From a virus: a stretch of DNA of 64,000 bases. Position 1 is the stretch's first letter; each line of letters starts with the position of its first letter. Location: IMG/VR virus record IMGVR_UViG_3300011113_000784, positions 1 to 64,000 of that record, one strand, 5' to 3'. Shown here one piece after another: positions 1 through 9,042 of this stretch. The notes beneath the pieces are model-generated. The model did not search any database and had not been told where the DNA came from. It saw only the letters and a program-made list of their open reading frames with translations. The position numbers and the translations under genes are program-made.

Positions 1-2
1 TT

Positions 3-539
3 TCTGGAAAGTATGTTAAGACTGCAAACAGACCTAACATCTCAATCGATGATAGCGCCGAAATTAACTTCTTGAACGGAAAGACTTGGCTACCCGGCAA
101 AGCAACATTTGAAACACTTGAGTTCACTTACTATGATGTTGCTGTTCAGGGCGACCCAACTGTTACCAATCTCTTGAGATGGGTTAACAGAGTCTACAAC
201 TTCACATCTCCTGCCGGTGGCGTTGCTAATTCTACTGAAATTGCCGCTACCCAAAGAAGCTATGCAGTTGATCCAACTGGCGGTGGTAATGGATATGCTG
301 GAACCGGCAAACTCCTTCTCCTCGACGGTTGCGGTTATGTTCTAGAAACTTGGACATTAGTGAACTGCTGGCCCCAAACTATCAACTTTGGTGACCTTGC
401 ATATGATTCATCTGATGTCTGCGAAATATCATTGACACTCAGATATTCATACGCTAACTACATCAACAACTGTACTCCCGGCGTTCAAGAACTCTGTGGA
501 GTACCAGTTTGCGGTGCAGCTGCTGGCGCAAATCTATAA
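3..539 (+). CDS. Tail tube protein, T4 gp19-like (5' truncated by window edge)
   Basis: Frame open from nt 3 (SGKYVKTANRPNISID..INFLNGKTWLPGK); W-L-NCWPQTINFGDLAYDS..ISLTLRY pattern of gp19-family tube proteins. Confidence 0.85.
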   Translation, partial: SGKYVKTANRPNISIDDSAEINFLNGKTWLPGKATFETLEFTYYDVAVQGDPTVTNLLRWVNRVYNFTSPAGGVANSTEIAATQRSYAVDPTGGGNGYAGTGKLLLLDGCGYVLETWTLVNCWPQTINFGDLAYDSSDVCEISLTLRYSYANYINNCTPGVQELCGVPVCGAAAGANL

Positions 540-543
540 TGAT

Positions 544-566
544 TTATCAAGTGAGGACACGCTTCT
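544..566 (-). repeat. Solitary degenerate CRISPR repeat handle AGAAGCGTGTCCTCACTTGATAA
   Basis: 17/23 identity to the 3' 23 nt of the array repeat; 3' stem arm weakened. Confidence 0.55.
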
Positions 567-592
567 ATTACAATTAGAGTGGCGTGTCCTCA
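552..592. promoter_or_regulatory. Intergenic inverted repeat (TGAGGACACGC / GCGTGTCCTCA) overlapping a CRISPR-repeat-like 23-mer
   Basis: 11-bp perfect arms at 552-562 and 582-592 between the two tube genes. Confidence 0.7.
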
Positions 593-648
593 TAATAGAT
601 TAAGGTTAGCTATATTAGAAATCTTATTGAGGATTATAAAATTTAATT

Positions 649-1230
649 ATGGTTAACATGGGTGTTGGTTTTGCCTCTTACGCAGTATTTAAGAGGCAAA
701 ACCGTTTTATCATGAACATACCCGATGTAACTCATGTTGGGAAAGGTTCATCTAGAATTTACAACAAAGTTTTAGTGGAGGAAAGGTCTGCAAGACCAAG
801 TATATCTTTTGAAGAAGTAAAAGTGCCACATTTAATAGAAACTGTAACTTATGCAGGAAGACCAGTTTGGAATGATTTAAAAGTTACACTATATGATATA
901 GCAAGAACAAATCCTATATGGCAATGGATTGGCGCTAATTATTATGTTAAGAAAAATGACGGTGCAGGAAAACCGGGAATAAATTATTTTGGTAGCGTTA
1001 ACAATAACTTTAAAAGAGATATAAAAATATTTATGCTAGATGGTTGTGGTTATGCTTTAGAAGCATGGACATACATGAATGCATTTCCAAAAGAAGTTGA
1101 CTATGGCGATACAGACATGGAAAGACAAGAAGCCATGAGAGTGAATGTCACTTTTAAATATGACAGAGCATATTGGGAAGCCTGTGATGCCAATATGGTC
1201 AACTTAGCTGCCCAATATATGATAAGATAA
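649..1230 (+). CDS. Second tail tube-like protein (gp19 paralogue)
   Basis: KRQNRF..ARPSISFEE..AGRPVWNDLKVTLYD..MLDGCG..WTYMNAFPKEVDYGD..VTFKYD; shares LDGCGY-LE-W with the upstream ORF. Confidence 0.8.
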   Translation: MVNMGVGFASYAVFKRQNRFIMNIPDVTHVGKGSSRIYNKVLVEERSARPSISFEEVKVPHLIETVTYAGRPVWNDLKVTLYDIARTNPIWQWIGANYYVKKNDGAGKPGINYFGSVNNNFKRDIKIFMLDGCGYALEAWTYMNAFPKEVDYGDTDMERQEAMRVNVTFKYDRAYWEACDANMVNLAAQYMIR

Positions 1231-1231
1231 T

Positions 1232-1501
1232 TTATTCTTCGTCTTGTAACTCTGCGTATTCACCAGCATCTAAAAACTGAGCTACTTCAAGTATTTTGCG
1301 ACATTCCTCAAGGAATGTTTCTAATTCCTTGTTTTTCATGTTGAGAATGCGACAAGCACCAGACTTATTAAGTCTGCCCTTTTTGGTGTAAACTAGATTT
1401 TCATTTGAAAGTAATAAATTAATTTTTTCTTTTAGATAACTGTTTTCGAGCATGTAGAGCAATTCGCCATTTTCTATATCTTCCAGAAACTTGTTCTTCA
1501 T
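1232..1501 (-). CDS. Hypothetical protein with probable C-terminal HTH
   Basis: ATG at 1501 with SD AGGAG; GRLNKSGACRILNM helix-turn-helix-like segment. Confidence 0.65.
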   Translation of the reverse strand: MKNKFLEDIENGELLYMLENSYLKEKINLLLSNENLVYTKKGRLNKSGACRILNMKNKELETFLEECRKILEVAQFLDAGEYAELQDEE

Positions 1502-1514
1502 GAAAATCTCCTGT

Positions 1515-1536
1515 GTGTCATATGGGACACGCTTCT
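1515..1536 (-). repeat. Solitary CRISPR repeat handle AGAAGCGTGTCCCATATGACAC in a 5' UTR
   Basis: 19 of 22 nt match an array repeat with one gap; intact GTGTC/GACAC stem; 2 nt before the SD. Confidence 0.75.
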
Positions 1537-1595
1537 GGCGTGATGCGAACAAGAATAAATTAGTTATACTAATAAAACATAAATTTCAATTTAGA

Positions 1596-2084
1596 TCAAA
1601 TTCTTTTTATGGGAATTTCTTTGCTAACTTTAGTAAAATAAAATTCCTGATATCGCTTTTTTAATTCTTCGAAGTTTTTATTTGATCTGTAAATTTGTCG
1701 TAAATGGTGAATTAGACAAGTGGTTAGGAAATTAAAAGCTTTGCTTCCACGATGAGGATCAAATCGTTCTATCTTAGCAAAACAGATAAAAACGCCTTCT
1801 TGAACGGCATCATCATAATCAATTTTTTGGAAATTTCTAAAACGAACAATATTTTCCGCAAGTGTAAAAAATTCTTTAGCCAAATTATCCTGACTTTGTT
1901 TTAGCTTTTTTTCGTTTTCTATTATTTTATTTTCATCAATTTGCAATGTTGGTTTATCGACATATTGACGATGAATTTCATAATCTTCTTTTAAAAGTTC
2001 ATATTTTCTTTTATTCTTTTTAGCTTGTTGGAAATCAATAATATTTTTTTCTAGATACTTATTATCAAGATAATGGTTACTCAT
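1596..2084 (-). CDS. Sigma factor, T4 gp55-like late transcription sigma
   Basis: N-terminal HYLDNK; region 2 DDAVQEG..C..KIERFDP-RGSKAFNFLT; start reassigned to MSNHY at 2084. Confidence 0.75.
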   Translation of the reverse strand: MSNHYLDNKYLEKNIIDFQQAKKNKRKYELLKEDYEIHRQYVDKPTLQIDENKIIENEKKLKQSQDNLAKEFFTLAENIVRFRNFQKIDYDDAVQEGVFICFAKIERFDPHRGSKAFNFLTTCLIHHLRQIYRSNKNFEELKKRYQEFYFTKVSKEIPIKRI

Positions 2085-2106
2085 ATTAAAAATATAGTGT
2101 GAGTTC

Positions 2107-2871
2107 ATGAAAATAAATTGTGCAATAATAGTAGATTCTATCGAAGAAAAAGAAAGTTGTTTAACTAAATTTAAAAATTTGGAAAATAAAACATTTTTTA
2201 CTTTCAATAATGCTATCAATAAAATTAATAAACTAAAAAGCAAAAAAAACTTTTTTGTAGAGTTAGAATCATTTTACAAAAAAGAAATATTTTATATAAT
2301 TCATCCAGATGAAGAGTTAGTATTTTTTGATGAAGATGAAGCATTAAAATCACATTTTAATTTGATTGTTGATGATTGGGTAATAAAGACAAGAAGAAGT
2401 AGCGCAAAAGAAATAGCTGTGTCAAAAATATTCATTAAAAGCAGTTTTAAAAATATTAAAAAATTTGACAATGAGTGGTGTGATATTTACCAAAATAATA
2501 AAAACTTTGCTTCTAAATTAAAAGAATATATTTACATATACGATTTAGAACCAAATGAAATATTTGTAATATACCAATATGTTTTAGAACAATTAAAATT
2601 AAAACAATATAATAAGGAATTATTTTATTTAATAAAATCATTTTTGGAAAAACATCCTACATTTTTAGAATTAATTAATCTTTGGGGAGACTATCTTTAT
2701 GAAATAAATTTATTTTTTGATGCAAAAAAATGTTATGAAAGTGCTTTAAAAATCGCCGGTGATAGAAATTTATATGATTTTCTACCAATGATTCCAAGCA
2801 TGCACAAAACGCATCCTGAAAAAATGATTTCAAATATAGAAAAAATAATTTCTAAATACGATGCTATTTAG
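2107..2871 (+). CDS. Hypothetical protein with C-terminal TPR-like repeat
   Basis: LWGDYLYEINLFFDAKKCYESALKI TPR-like helix pair. Confidence 0.5.
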   Translation: MKINCAIIVDSIEEKESCLTKFKNLENKTFFTFNNAINKINKLKSKKNFFVELESFYKKEIFYIIHPDEELVFFDEDEALKSHFNLIVDDWVIKTRRSSAKEIAVSKIFIKSSFKNIKKFDNEWCDIYQNNKNFASKLKEYIYIYDLEPNEIFVIYQYVLEQLKLKQYNKELFYLIKSFLEKHPTFLELINLWGDYLYEINLFFDAKKCYESALKIAGDRNLYDFLPMIPSMHKTHPEKMISNIEKIISKYDAI

Positions 2872-2873
2872 TA

Positions 2874-3278
2874 TCAAAATATACTATCTAGTTCATTGAT
2901 AATTACGGTTACTTGGTCTTCATACCTTGCCATTGCAATTTGTTTGCGTCCTGCTGGAAGCTTTTTCATTTCCTTTTCAAGATCGCCAATTGAGCAGCTT
3001 ATAACTCGCCAGTTGTTTTTAGCCAATCTTTCAATTTCTTCTTCTTGAGAAAGGACTTCTTTACCGGGAAAAAAAGCAAGAACTTGATCTTTAGCCTCTT
3101 TGATAATTTTCTTGTAAAGAGGGACATTACAAGAACAACTAGGATTATTGATGAATTTCTGAACTTCTGGAGCTAAAGATTCTGGCAATGTAGAACGAAA
3201 CTTTTCGTCTTTCATTGCAGCCTTGATATCCATCAAGGAGACATAACTTTTAGATTTTTGGTTGTTCTGGTCGCTCAT
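2874..3278 (-). CDS. Hypothetical protein
   Basis: 134-aa ORF in a tightly packed minus-strand operon. Confidence 0.7.
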   Translation of the reverse strand: MSDQNNQKSKSYVSLMDIKAAMKDEKFRSTLPESLAPEVQKFINNPSCSCNVPLYKKIIKEAKDQVLAFFPGKEVLSQEEEIERLAKNNWRVISCSIGDLEKEMKKLPAGRKQIAMARYEDQVTVIINELDSIF

Positions 3279-3513
3279 ATGTTCTCACCCTTAATGCATG
3301 TCCACATGATCTACATCTATACAGAGTTACTTGTTTTTTAATTTTTTCTTTATCAGAATCTTTTTTGATTGTATTTTGAATATCAGATCTTTTTGCCTGA
3401 TAAAGATTCTCTAAATCTTTATCCAAGTATTTTTTGCCACAGTTAGCACAGATAATTTGTGTTTCAGTCCGATATGACACTATTAGCTTCCAAATAAGTT
3501 TGAAGAAATGCAA
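3250..3513 (-). CDS. Small zinc-ribbon protein (true start probably internal)
   Basis: CANCG and CRSCG pairs. Confidence 0.6.
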   Translation of the reverse strand: MHFFKLIWKLIVSYRTETQIICANCGKKYLDKDLENLYQAKRSDIQNTIKKDSDKEKIKKQVTLYRCRSCGHALRVRTYERPEQPKI

Positions 3514-3778
3514 AGAAAGTTGCTAGGAAACTAGTTGCACACCCACCTAGAAAAATTAAATGGAGCTTATCTGTGCCCCAGCCATTAAAGATATGCAATA
3601 GTGTTGTTGTGAACACTCCAGACCAAAAGCCAGAACATTGATAACAATTTAATGCCTTCATGAAAAATTCTGGCAAATATGGCTTGATCTTATCTTTAAC
3701 TGCCTTGGCAATATCAGACTCAACAATGATGTTGGTCATGCCGATAGATCCAAGTAGCCAAACAACAATTTCAAACAT
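3464..3778 (-). CDS. Membrane protein, DUF1360-like
   Basis: Hydrophobic helices and LNCYQCSGFW motif. Confidence 0.6.
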   Translation of the reverse strand: MFEIVVWLLGSIGMTNIIVESDIAKAVKDKIKPYLPEFFMKALNCYQCSGFWSGVFTTTLLHIFNGWGTDKLHLIFLGGCATSFLATFFAFLQTYLEANSVISD

Positions 3779-3780
3779 GT

Positions 3781-4149
3781 TTACCTCGTTGATATAAGGA
3801 CAGAGACTTTGTCTTTATTCCTATAAACACACAAATCGTTCACATTAATATTAAGAGGTAGTTGTAATTCAAAATCATCAACATAACCAGAAATATTTTT
3901 GTAAGAATTAATTTCTATTTTCATTATTTCGATGGGAGACTTGAATATTTTAGATATTTCTTCTATTTCATTTGCATTAATTGAATTAAGAAAATCTATT
4001 ACAGATCTGATTCCAAGACTTCGCATTTGAGGAATTTTTTGTGCTAATTCCCAAGAATCAAAAAGATGCTTAAATCTTGGCATTGAATTTTTGATTAATT
4101 GGTTCTGAAAAAGCAATTCAGCTGCATTGTGAAAACCAATTTGTATCAT
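3781..4149 (-). CDS. Hypothetical protein
   Basis: ORF with SD AGGAG. Confidence 0.7.
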   Translation of the reverse strand: MIQIGFHNAAELLFQNQLIKNSMPRFKHLFDSWELAQKIPQMRSLGIRSVIDFLNSINANEIEEISKIFKSPIEIMKIEINSYKNISGYVDDFELQLPLNINVNDLCVYRNKDKVSVLISTR

Positions 4150-4228
4150 AAAAATTCTCCTGTAATAATATAGTTTTAAATAAATTACACTAAATTAAAA
4201 TTAAGTTTTGATGTAAAAAGGGGAAATT

Positions 4229-5317
4229 ATGTCTGATGAAATCTACAGACCACAAAAATCTGTGAATGCTAACATTAACAATATGCAAAATATTCCAAGA
4301 GAACAACCAATTGAACTTCCAGAAAATCATCCTTTAAGAAATCAGCAATATCAAAACCCTCATATGCAACCACAAATGGAATTAGGTGGATTGCCTCCCA
4401 ATGTTATTACAGGCAACATTCCCCCACAATTTAAAGCTCAAATTACTGGTGATACGAGTTCTGTCCCACCACAAAACAGAACGCCTGTAGATGTCCCCAC
4501 TGCAATGGTGATGATGAATGCCAATCCAGAATTGAATGCGATTCTTAATGCTTTAAAGCAACATAGCACACAGTATGAAGAGGTGTTACTCCCAAGCAAG
4601 GGAAGGTTTTATGACGGAACAGATGGACCAGTAAATGGAATTGTTAATATTCGCCCCATGACCGGCGAGGAAGAGCAAATTTTGGCAACTCCAAGATTTG
4701 TTAAAAAGGGTACTGCCTTAAACATGATTTTTAGCAAATGTATTCGTGAAAATATCAAGCCTGAAAATCTTTTGTCACAAGACAGAACTTTTCTTTTGAT
4801 TTATTTGCGTGGTATTAGTTATGGAACGGACTATGAAGTTCAAGTTCGTTGCCCAGATACTGATAGGCAATTTTCTACAACAGTTGATCTTGATAGCTTG
4901 ATTGTTACAAGATGCCCTGATGATTATGGTCCAAATTCTCTTCAAGGGGTTTTGCCCAAGAGCGAATTGCCATTTACCTATAGACTTGCTAAAGGGAAAG
5001 ATGAGAGCGATTTGCAACAATATAGAGAAACAAGGATGAAGTCATTTAGCGATAACAGCCTAGATGACACATTGATATTCAGAATTGCTCAACTGGTTAA
5101 CAGCGTTAGGAATATCACTGATAAAGAAGAACTTAAAGTTTTGATAAGAAATTTACCTATTCAGGATGTTAACTATATAAGGAACCTGATCAACGAACCA
5201 CCTTTTGGGATGCAGACAAAGGTTAGCATTTTGTCGCCTTATTCCAATGAAGAGTTTGAAATTGATCTGCCTTTGGACAGCGGTTTTTTCTTCCCCCGGA
5301 ACAAGAAGGCGAACTAA
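4229..5317 (+). CDS. Baseplate hub / tail assembly chaperone, T4 gp26-like
   Basis: LPSKG-FY, IRPMTGEEEQIL, DRTFLLIYLRGISYG..Y..CP, C-terminal LPLDSGFF. Confidence 0.75.
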   Translation: MSDEIYRPQKSVNANINNMQNIPREQPIELPENHPLRNQQYQNPHMQPQMELGGLPPNVITGNIPPQFKAQITGDTSSVPPQNRTPVDVPTAMVMMNANPELNAILNALKQHSTQYEEVLLPSKGRFYDGTDGPVNGIVNIRPMTGEEEQILATPRFVKKGTALNMIFSKCIRENIKPENLLSQDRTFLLIYLRGISYGTDYEVQVRCPDTDRQFSTTVDLDSLIVTRCPDDYGPNSLQGVLPKSELPFTYRLAKGKDESDLQQYRETRMKSFSDNSLDDTLIFRIAQLVNSVRNITDKEELKVLIRNLPIQDVNYIRNLINEPPFGMQTKVSILSPYSNEEFEIDLPLDSGFFFPRNKKAN

Positions 5318-5514
5318 GTCCAAGCCTGAAGTTATGGCAAGCATTGATGGATGAGTTTTTCTTTTTCCTCTATCATCTGCATGTCAAAAAACAAGACTTC
5401 ATGCAACTGACAATTGCCGAAAGGAAATATTTAATAGAAAAATTCATTGAGCAAAAGAAAAAAGAAAGTGAAGAACAAGAAAAGGCATTTAGAAACGCAA
5501 GATCTAGGAGATAA
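5284..5514 (+). CDS. -1 frame extension (GT-like / gp51-like) of the chaperone; not in the ORF track
   Basis: Slippery T TTT TTC at 5284-5290; -1 frame open to TAA 5512-5514 (..LWQALMDEFFFFLYHLHVKKQDFMQLTIAERKYLIEKFIEQKKKESEEQEK..). Confidence 0.75.
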   Translation, partial: FFLPPEQEGELSPSLKLWQALMDEFFFFLYHLHVKKQDFMQLTIAERKYLIEKFIEQKKKESEEQEKAFRNARSRR

Positions 5515-5516
5515 GT

Positions 5517-6254
5517 ATGGCGACTAAAGAAAGATATCAAAATCCAGTTCCTAATGACACAGTTGTTTTAAGATTATTTGTTTATAATCAAAACACTTTT
5601 TCTAATGTACAATCAATTCAAAAAGTAGAAATTTACAAGATTCCTGATAACGCTTCAATTAATGATCTCTCCCAAGGAACACTTGTTCAAACAATTGGTT
5701 CTGAAAATGTCAAACAAGACTCAACGGGAAAGTATTATGTTGATCTTGTTGCGGAATATCCTTTATTTACTGTCGGCAAGTATGTTGATGTTTGGTATAT
5801 AACTTTTACAACTGATGAGGGTACAAGCGAAATAATCAATACTTTCAATTTGTACCCAGATCTTTGGTACACGACACCAATTCCTGTTGTTTACGATTTC
5901 AGCTTCGTATTCCGTCCAAATCGTTTCAGGAAGGGATCGAAACAATATATCATTTGCCAAATCACGCCAAATGTTCCCAGAGGCACAGATTTGGGTCGTT
6001 ATTATGAAAACCTAATTATCAATTCCAATGTCATGATAAGCTTGGAAATGAACTGTGGCGATTGTGTTCCAGCTGAACAAGATCTAAGGCTTGTTCTTGA
6101 TCAAGTGCCTACTGACTACAGAGAAAAGAATTACGCCTATTACTTGCTAGATACAACCGATTTGGAACCGGGCATTTACAATGTTTGGTTCACAATGGAA
6201 ATGGGTGAAAACACATTCATCTCAGACCGTATGAACCTTCAAATCTTTACTTAA
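5517..6254 (+). CDS. Hypothetical protein, probably virion beta-rich
   Basis: Two G-Y-x-x-W beta-sandwich-like segments; follows the tail chaperone. Confidence 0.55.
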   Translation: MATKERYQNPVPNDTVVLRLFVYNQNTFSNVQSIQKVEIYKIPDNASINDLSQGTLVQTIGSENVKQDSTGKYYVDLVAEYPLFTVGKYVDVWYITFTTDEGTSEIINTFNLYPDLWYTTPIPVVYDFSFVFRPNRFRKGSKQYIICQITPNVPRGTDLGRYYENLIINSNVMISLEMNCGDCVPAEQDLRLVLDQVPTDYREKNYAYYLLDTTDLEPGIYNVWFTMEMGENTFISDRMNLQIFT

Positions 6255-6289
6255 CAGATTATTAAAAAAAATAAATAATTTGTTTTTGG

Positions 6290-6339
6290 TTGCGTTGTCA
6301 GATAACGCCCTTGACTACGCAATAAAATTTATTTATTGT
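6290..6339 (+). promoter_or_regulatory. Sigma70-like promoter overlapped by an inverted repeat
   Basis: TTGACT(6311)-17 nt-TATTGT(6334); arms TTGCGTTGTCA (6290-6300) / TGACTACGCAA (6312-6322). Confidence 0.55.
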
Positions 6340-6365
6340 GTACTCGGACAAGCAAGGAGGTTGCT

Positions 6366-7769
6366 ATGAATCTTGTCGAAAGATTGAAGAAACATTTTGA
6401 ATGTGAAATGAATGTTCTTCTTGTAGGAGAACACGGGGTTGGAAAAACTTCCATTATCAAACAAGTGTTTGAAGATGAAGGTTTAATTCTAAATGAATCG
6501 TGGTTGTACTTTTCAGGTTCTACACTCGATCCTTGGGTCGATTTTATCGGCATACCCAAAGAAGTCGAATACAATGGTAAAAAGTGCATAGAAATTGTAC
6601 CACCAAAGGCTTTTGCTGATGAAGGTAAGATTCAAGCCATTTTCATCGATGAGTTTAACCGATCACCTAGCAAGATTAGAAACGCTCTACTTGAATTATG
6701 CCAATTTAAATCAATCAATGGCAGAAAATTCCCTAACCTTAAAGTTGTTTGGGCAGCTATCAATCCAGAAGACGAGAACAATACATATGATGTGGAAAGA
6801 CTCGATCCAGCCCACAAGGATCGATTCCATGCTAATCAAATTGTTGTCCCATATGCTTGTGACATGGAATATTTTAAGGGCAAATACGGGGAAGATGTCG
6901 CATCTGCTAGCATTTCTTGGTGGAATGCTCTTCCCGAATTGATTAAAAAGCAAATATCTCCCAGAAGATTAGATTATGCTCTTCATTTCATGAGCAAAGG
7001 CATTCCTTTGGAAGATATTTTGCCAAAAGATAGCAATATCTCAAAGCTAAGACAAGATATCAGCAATGGACCAGTGGATAAGAAATTATCAAAGCTTTTT
7101 GAAACCAAAAACTTCAAAGAAGCAAAATTGTTTCTAAATGTTGAAAATAACTACTTGTCTGCTATCAAAATAATTGATGGTAACAAGAAATATATGGAAT
7201 TCTTTATTCCATTGCTCAAAAAAGAAAAAATATGTTTATTGATATCTGATGATAATATGGCATCATCGGATTTCATTTTGTCGAACAAAGATAACAATAC
7301 TGAATTCAAGTCTGCAATAGAAAGCATATTGACAGCTAGTGCGAATCCAAAAGCTTTGATGAAAATAAGGTCTTATTTCGCTAACACAAGTGCTAGCGAA
7401 GTGGTAAAAAACAAAGATATATCTGTTGATTCTGTTCTAGCACCATTGTCTAATGAAATCTACTTAGAAAGAATTAACAAAGCTGATAAAAAAGATCAAA
7501 TAAAAATTGTTTTAAGCAATTTTCCTGATAATCCCACTAGCGTTGTCAGCGAAAAGACAATGAGTATCATTGCAAATTTCATTATTGAAAAATGGGAAGC
7601 AACTATTAAACAACAAAACTTAGAATTAATCATAAAGATTTGGAATACTTGTTACAAGCAAGCTGATAAAATGTTTGTTGCCAAGAATTTCAGCAACAAA
7701 GAATTATGTCGCAAATGTTTTAATCTTGGGATCATAACGCAAATGGAAGGTATGGCAAATGGATATTAA
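6366..7769 (+). CDS. MoxR-like AAA+ ATPase
   Basis: Walker A GEHGVGKT, Walker B IFIDEFNR, AAINP, LDPAHKDRF; SD AAGGAGG before ATG 6366. Confidence 0.9.
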   Translation: MNLVERLKKHFECEMNVLLVGEHGVGKTSIIKQVFEDEGLILNESWLYFSGSTLDPWVDFIGIPKEVEYNGKKCIEIVPPKAFADEGKIQAIFIDEFNRSPSKIRNALLELCQFKSINGRKFPNLKVVWAAINPEDENNTYDVERLDPAHKDRFHANQIVVPYACDMEYFKGKYGEDVASASISWWNALPELIKKQISPRRLDYALHFMSKGIPLEDILPKDSNISKLRQDISNGPVDKKLSKLFETKNFKEAKLFLNVENNYLSAIKIIDGNKKYMEFFIPLLKKEKICLLISDDNMASSDFILSNKDNNTEFKSAIESILTASANPKALMKIRSYFANTSASEVVKNKDISVDSVLAPLSNEIYLERINKADKKDQIKIVLSNFPDNPTSVVSEKTMSIIANFIIEKWEATIKQQNLELIIKIWNTCYKQADKMFVAKNFSNKELCRKCFNLGIITQMEGMANGY

Positions 7770-9042
7770 TTCTGATTGGGAGTCATTGAAGACTCAATTG
7801 GCTTGCCATTATGGGATATTCTACAAAATCATTGAGATGGGTAGACCATGCCTAACTAATGCTGTCCCAACAGCAGCAGTTCAATTCAATGCTGAGGGGA
7901 AGTTCATTAACTTTCTTTTCAATGAAAAATTCTGGAAAGAATGTGACGAATACAAAAAGATGTTTGTAATTTGTCATGAAGCACTTCATATTGTGCTTCA
8001 ACATGGAAGTAGATTTTTGAAAAATGTTGATAACAATAATGCTAATATTGCTATGGATATTGTTGTAAATCATTCTCTTGTTAGAGATTTTGGTTTTATA
8101 AGAGAACATGTAGATGCAAAAAATGAATACTGTTGGGTAGACACTGTATTCAAGGATAAAAAGTATTTGGGTTCTTGTTACCCAGATGATGAATCAACGG
8201 AATTTTATTACAACGAGCTTGATAAAAAGCAAAATAGTGGAAGTGGAGGCGGGAATGGATCTAAAGGTAGTTCCGATTCGGAAAACAATGAATCAAATGG
8301 TAGTGGCAATAAGCTTGTAGATGATCATGCCGGAATCAAAGGAAAAGAATTAGAAGAAGCTATAAACAAGGTCATCGAAGAATTGGATGACAAAGAAAAG
8401 CAACAACTTAAAGATGCTATTTCCAACATTAAAAATGCTGGAACAGAATCTGGACATTGGTTCAATATCGGTAAAGTCAAACAACTGAAGAAGCGTAAAT
8501 GGGAAACCATCATTAAAGATTGGTCTACTAAGGTGCTTCGTTTTTCTGAAGCAGAAAAAGAACAGTGGATTAGAAAATCTAGAAGGATGGGAACATTCAA
8601 CAATGGTTTGATTCTACCATCAAATGTAGAAGTTGAATGTTTTAATTATAGCAAAGGCAAGATAAATGTATTTTTCTTTTTGGATACATCTGGAAGCTGT
8701 ATTAATTTGGCAGAAAGATTTTTTACAGCTGCTAACAGTTTACCAAAAGAAAAGTTTGATATAAGACTTTTTTGCTTCGACACGAATGTCCAAGAAACCC
8801 AGTTAACTGATCAAAAAGTGTATGGTGGTGGAGGAACAAACTTCAGCATAATAGAAAGCCATATTCAAAGCGAAAAATCAAAAACAAATAAATATCCTGA
8901 TGCTGTCTTTATTATAACTGATGGCATGGGAACAAAAGTTGATCCAGAACACCCAAATAAATGGCATTGGTTTTTAACCAGTGATTATAAAAAATTTATA
9001 CCAAAAAATTCTCGTACTTATATGTTATCTGATTTTGAATGA
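7759..9042 (+). CDS. Metallopeptidase-like (HExxH) + VWA protein, DUF2201 type
   Basis: HEALH, NIAMDIVVN; VWA motifs LDTSGS, GGGT, ITDG. Confidence 0.85.
   Translation: MDINSDWESLKTQLACHYGIFYKIIEMGRPCLTNAVPTAAVQFNAEGKFINFLFNEKFWKECDEYKKMFVICHEALHIVLQHGSRFLKNVDNNNANIAMDIVVNHSLVRDFGFIREHVDAKNEYCWVDTVFKDKKYLGSCYPDDESTEFYYNELDKKQNSGSGGGNGSKGSSDSENNESNGSGNKLVDDHAGIKGKELEEAINKVIEELDDKEKQQLKDAISNIKNAGTESGHWFNIGKVKQLKKRKWETIIKDWSTKVLRFSEAEKEQWIRKSRRMGTFNNGLILPSNVEVECFNYSKGKINVFFFLDTSGSCINLAERFFTAANSLPKEKFDIRLFCFDTNVQETQLTDQKVYGGGGTNFSIIESHIQSEKSKTNKYPDAVFIITDGMGTKVDPEHPNKWHWFLTSDYKKFIPKNSRTYMLSDFE

Noticed and set aside
6332-6354. GTGTACTCGGAC resembling the handle at 37097
   Set aside because: No complementary 3' arm and no AGAA 5' part
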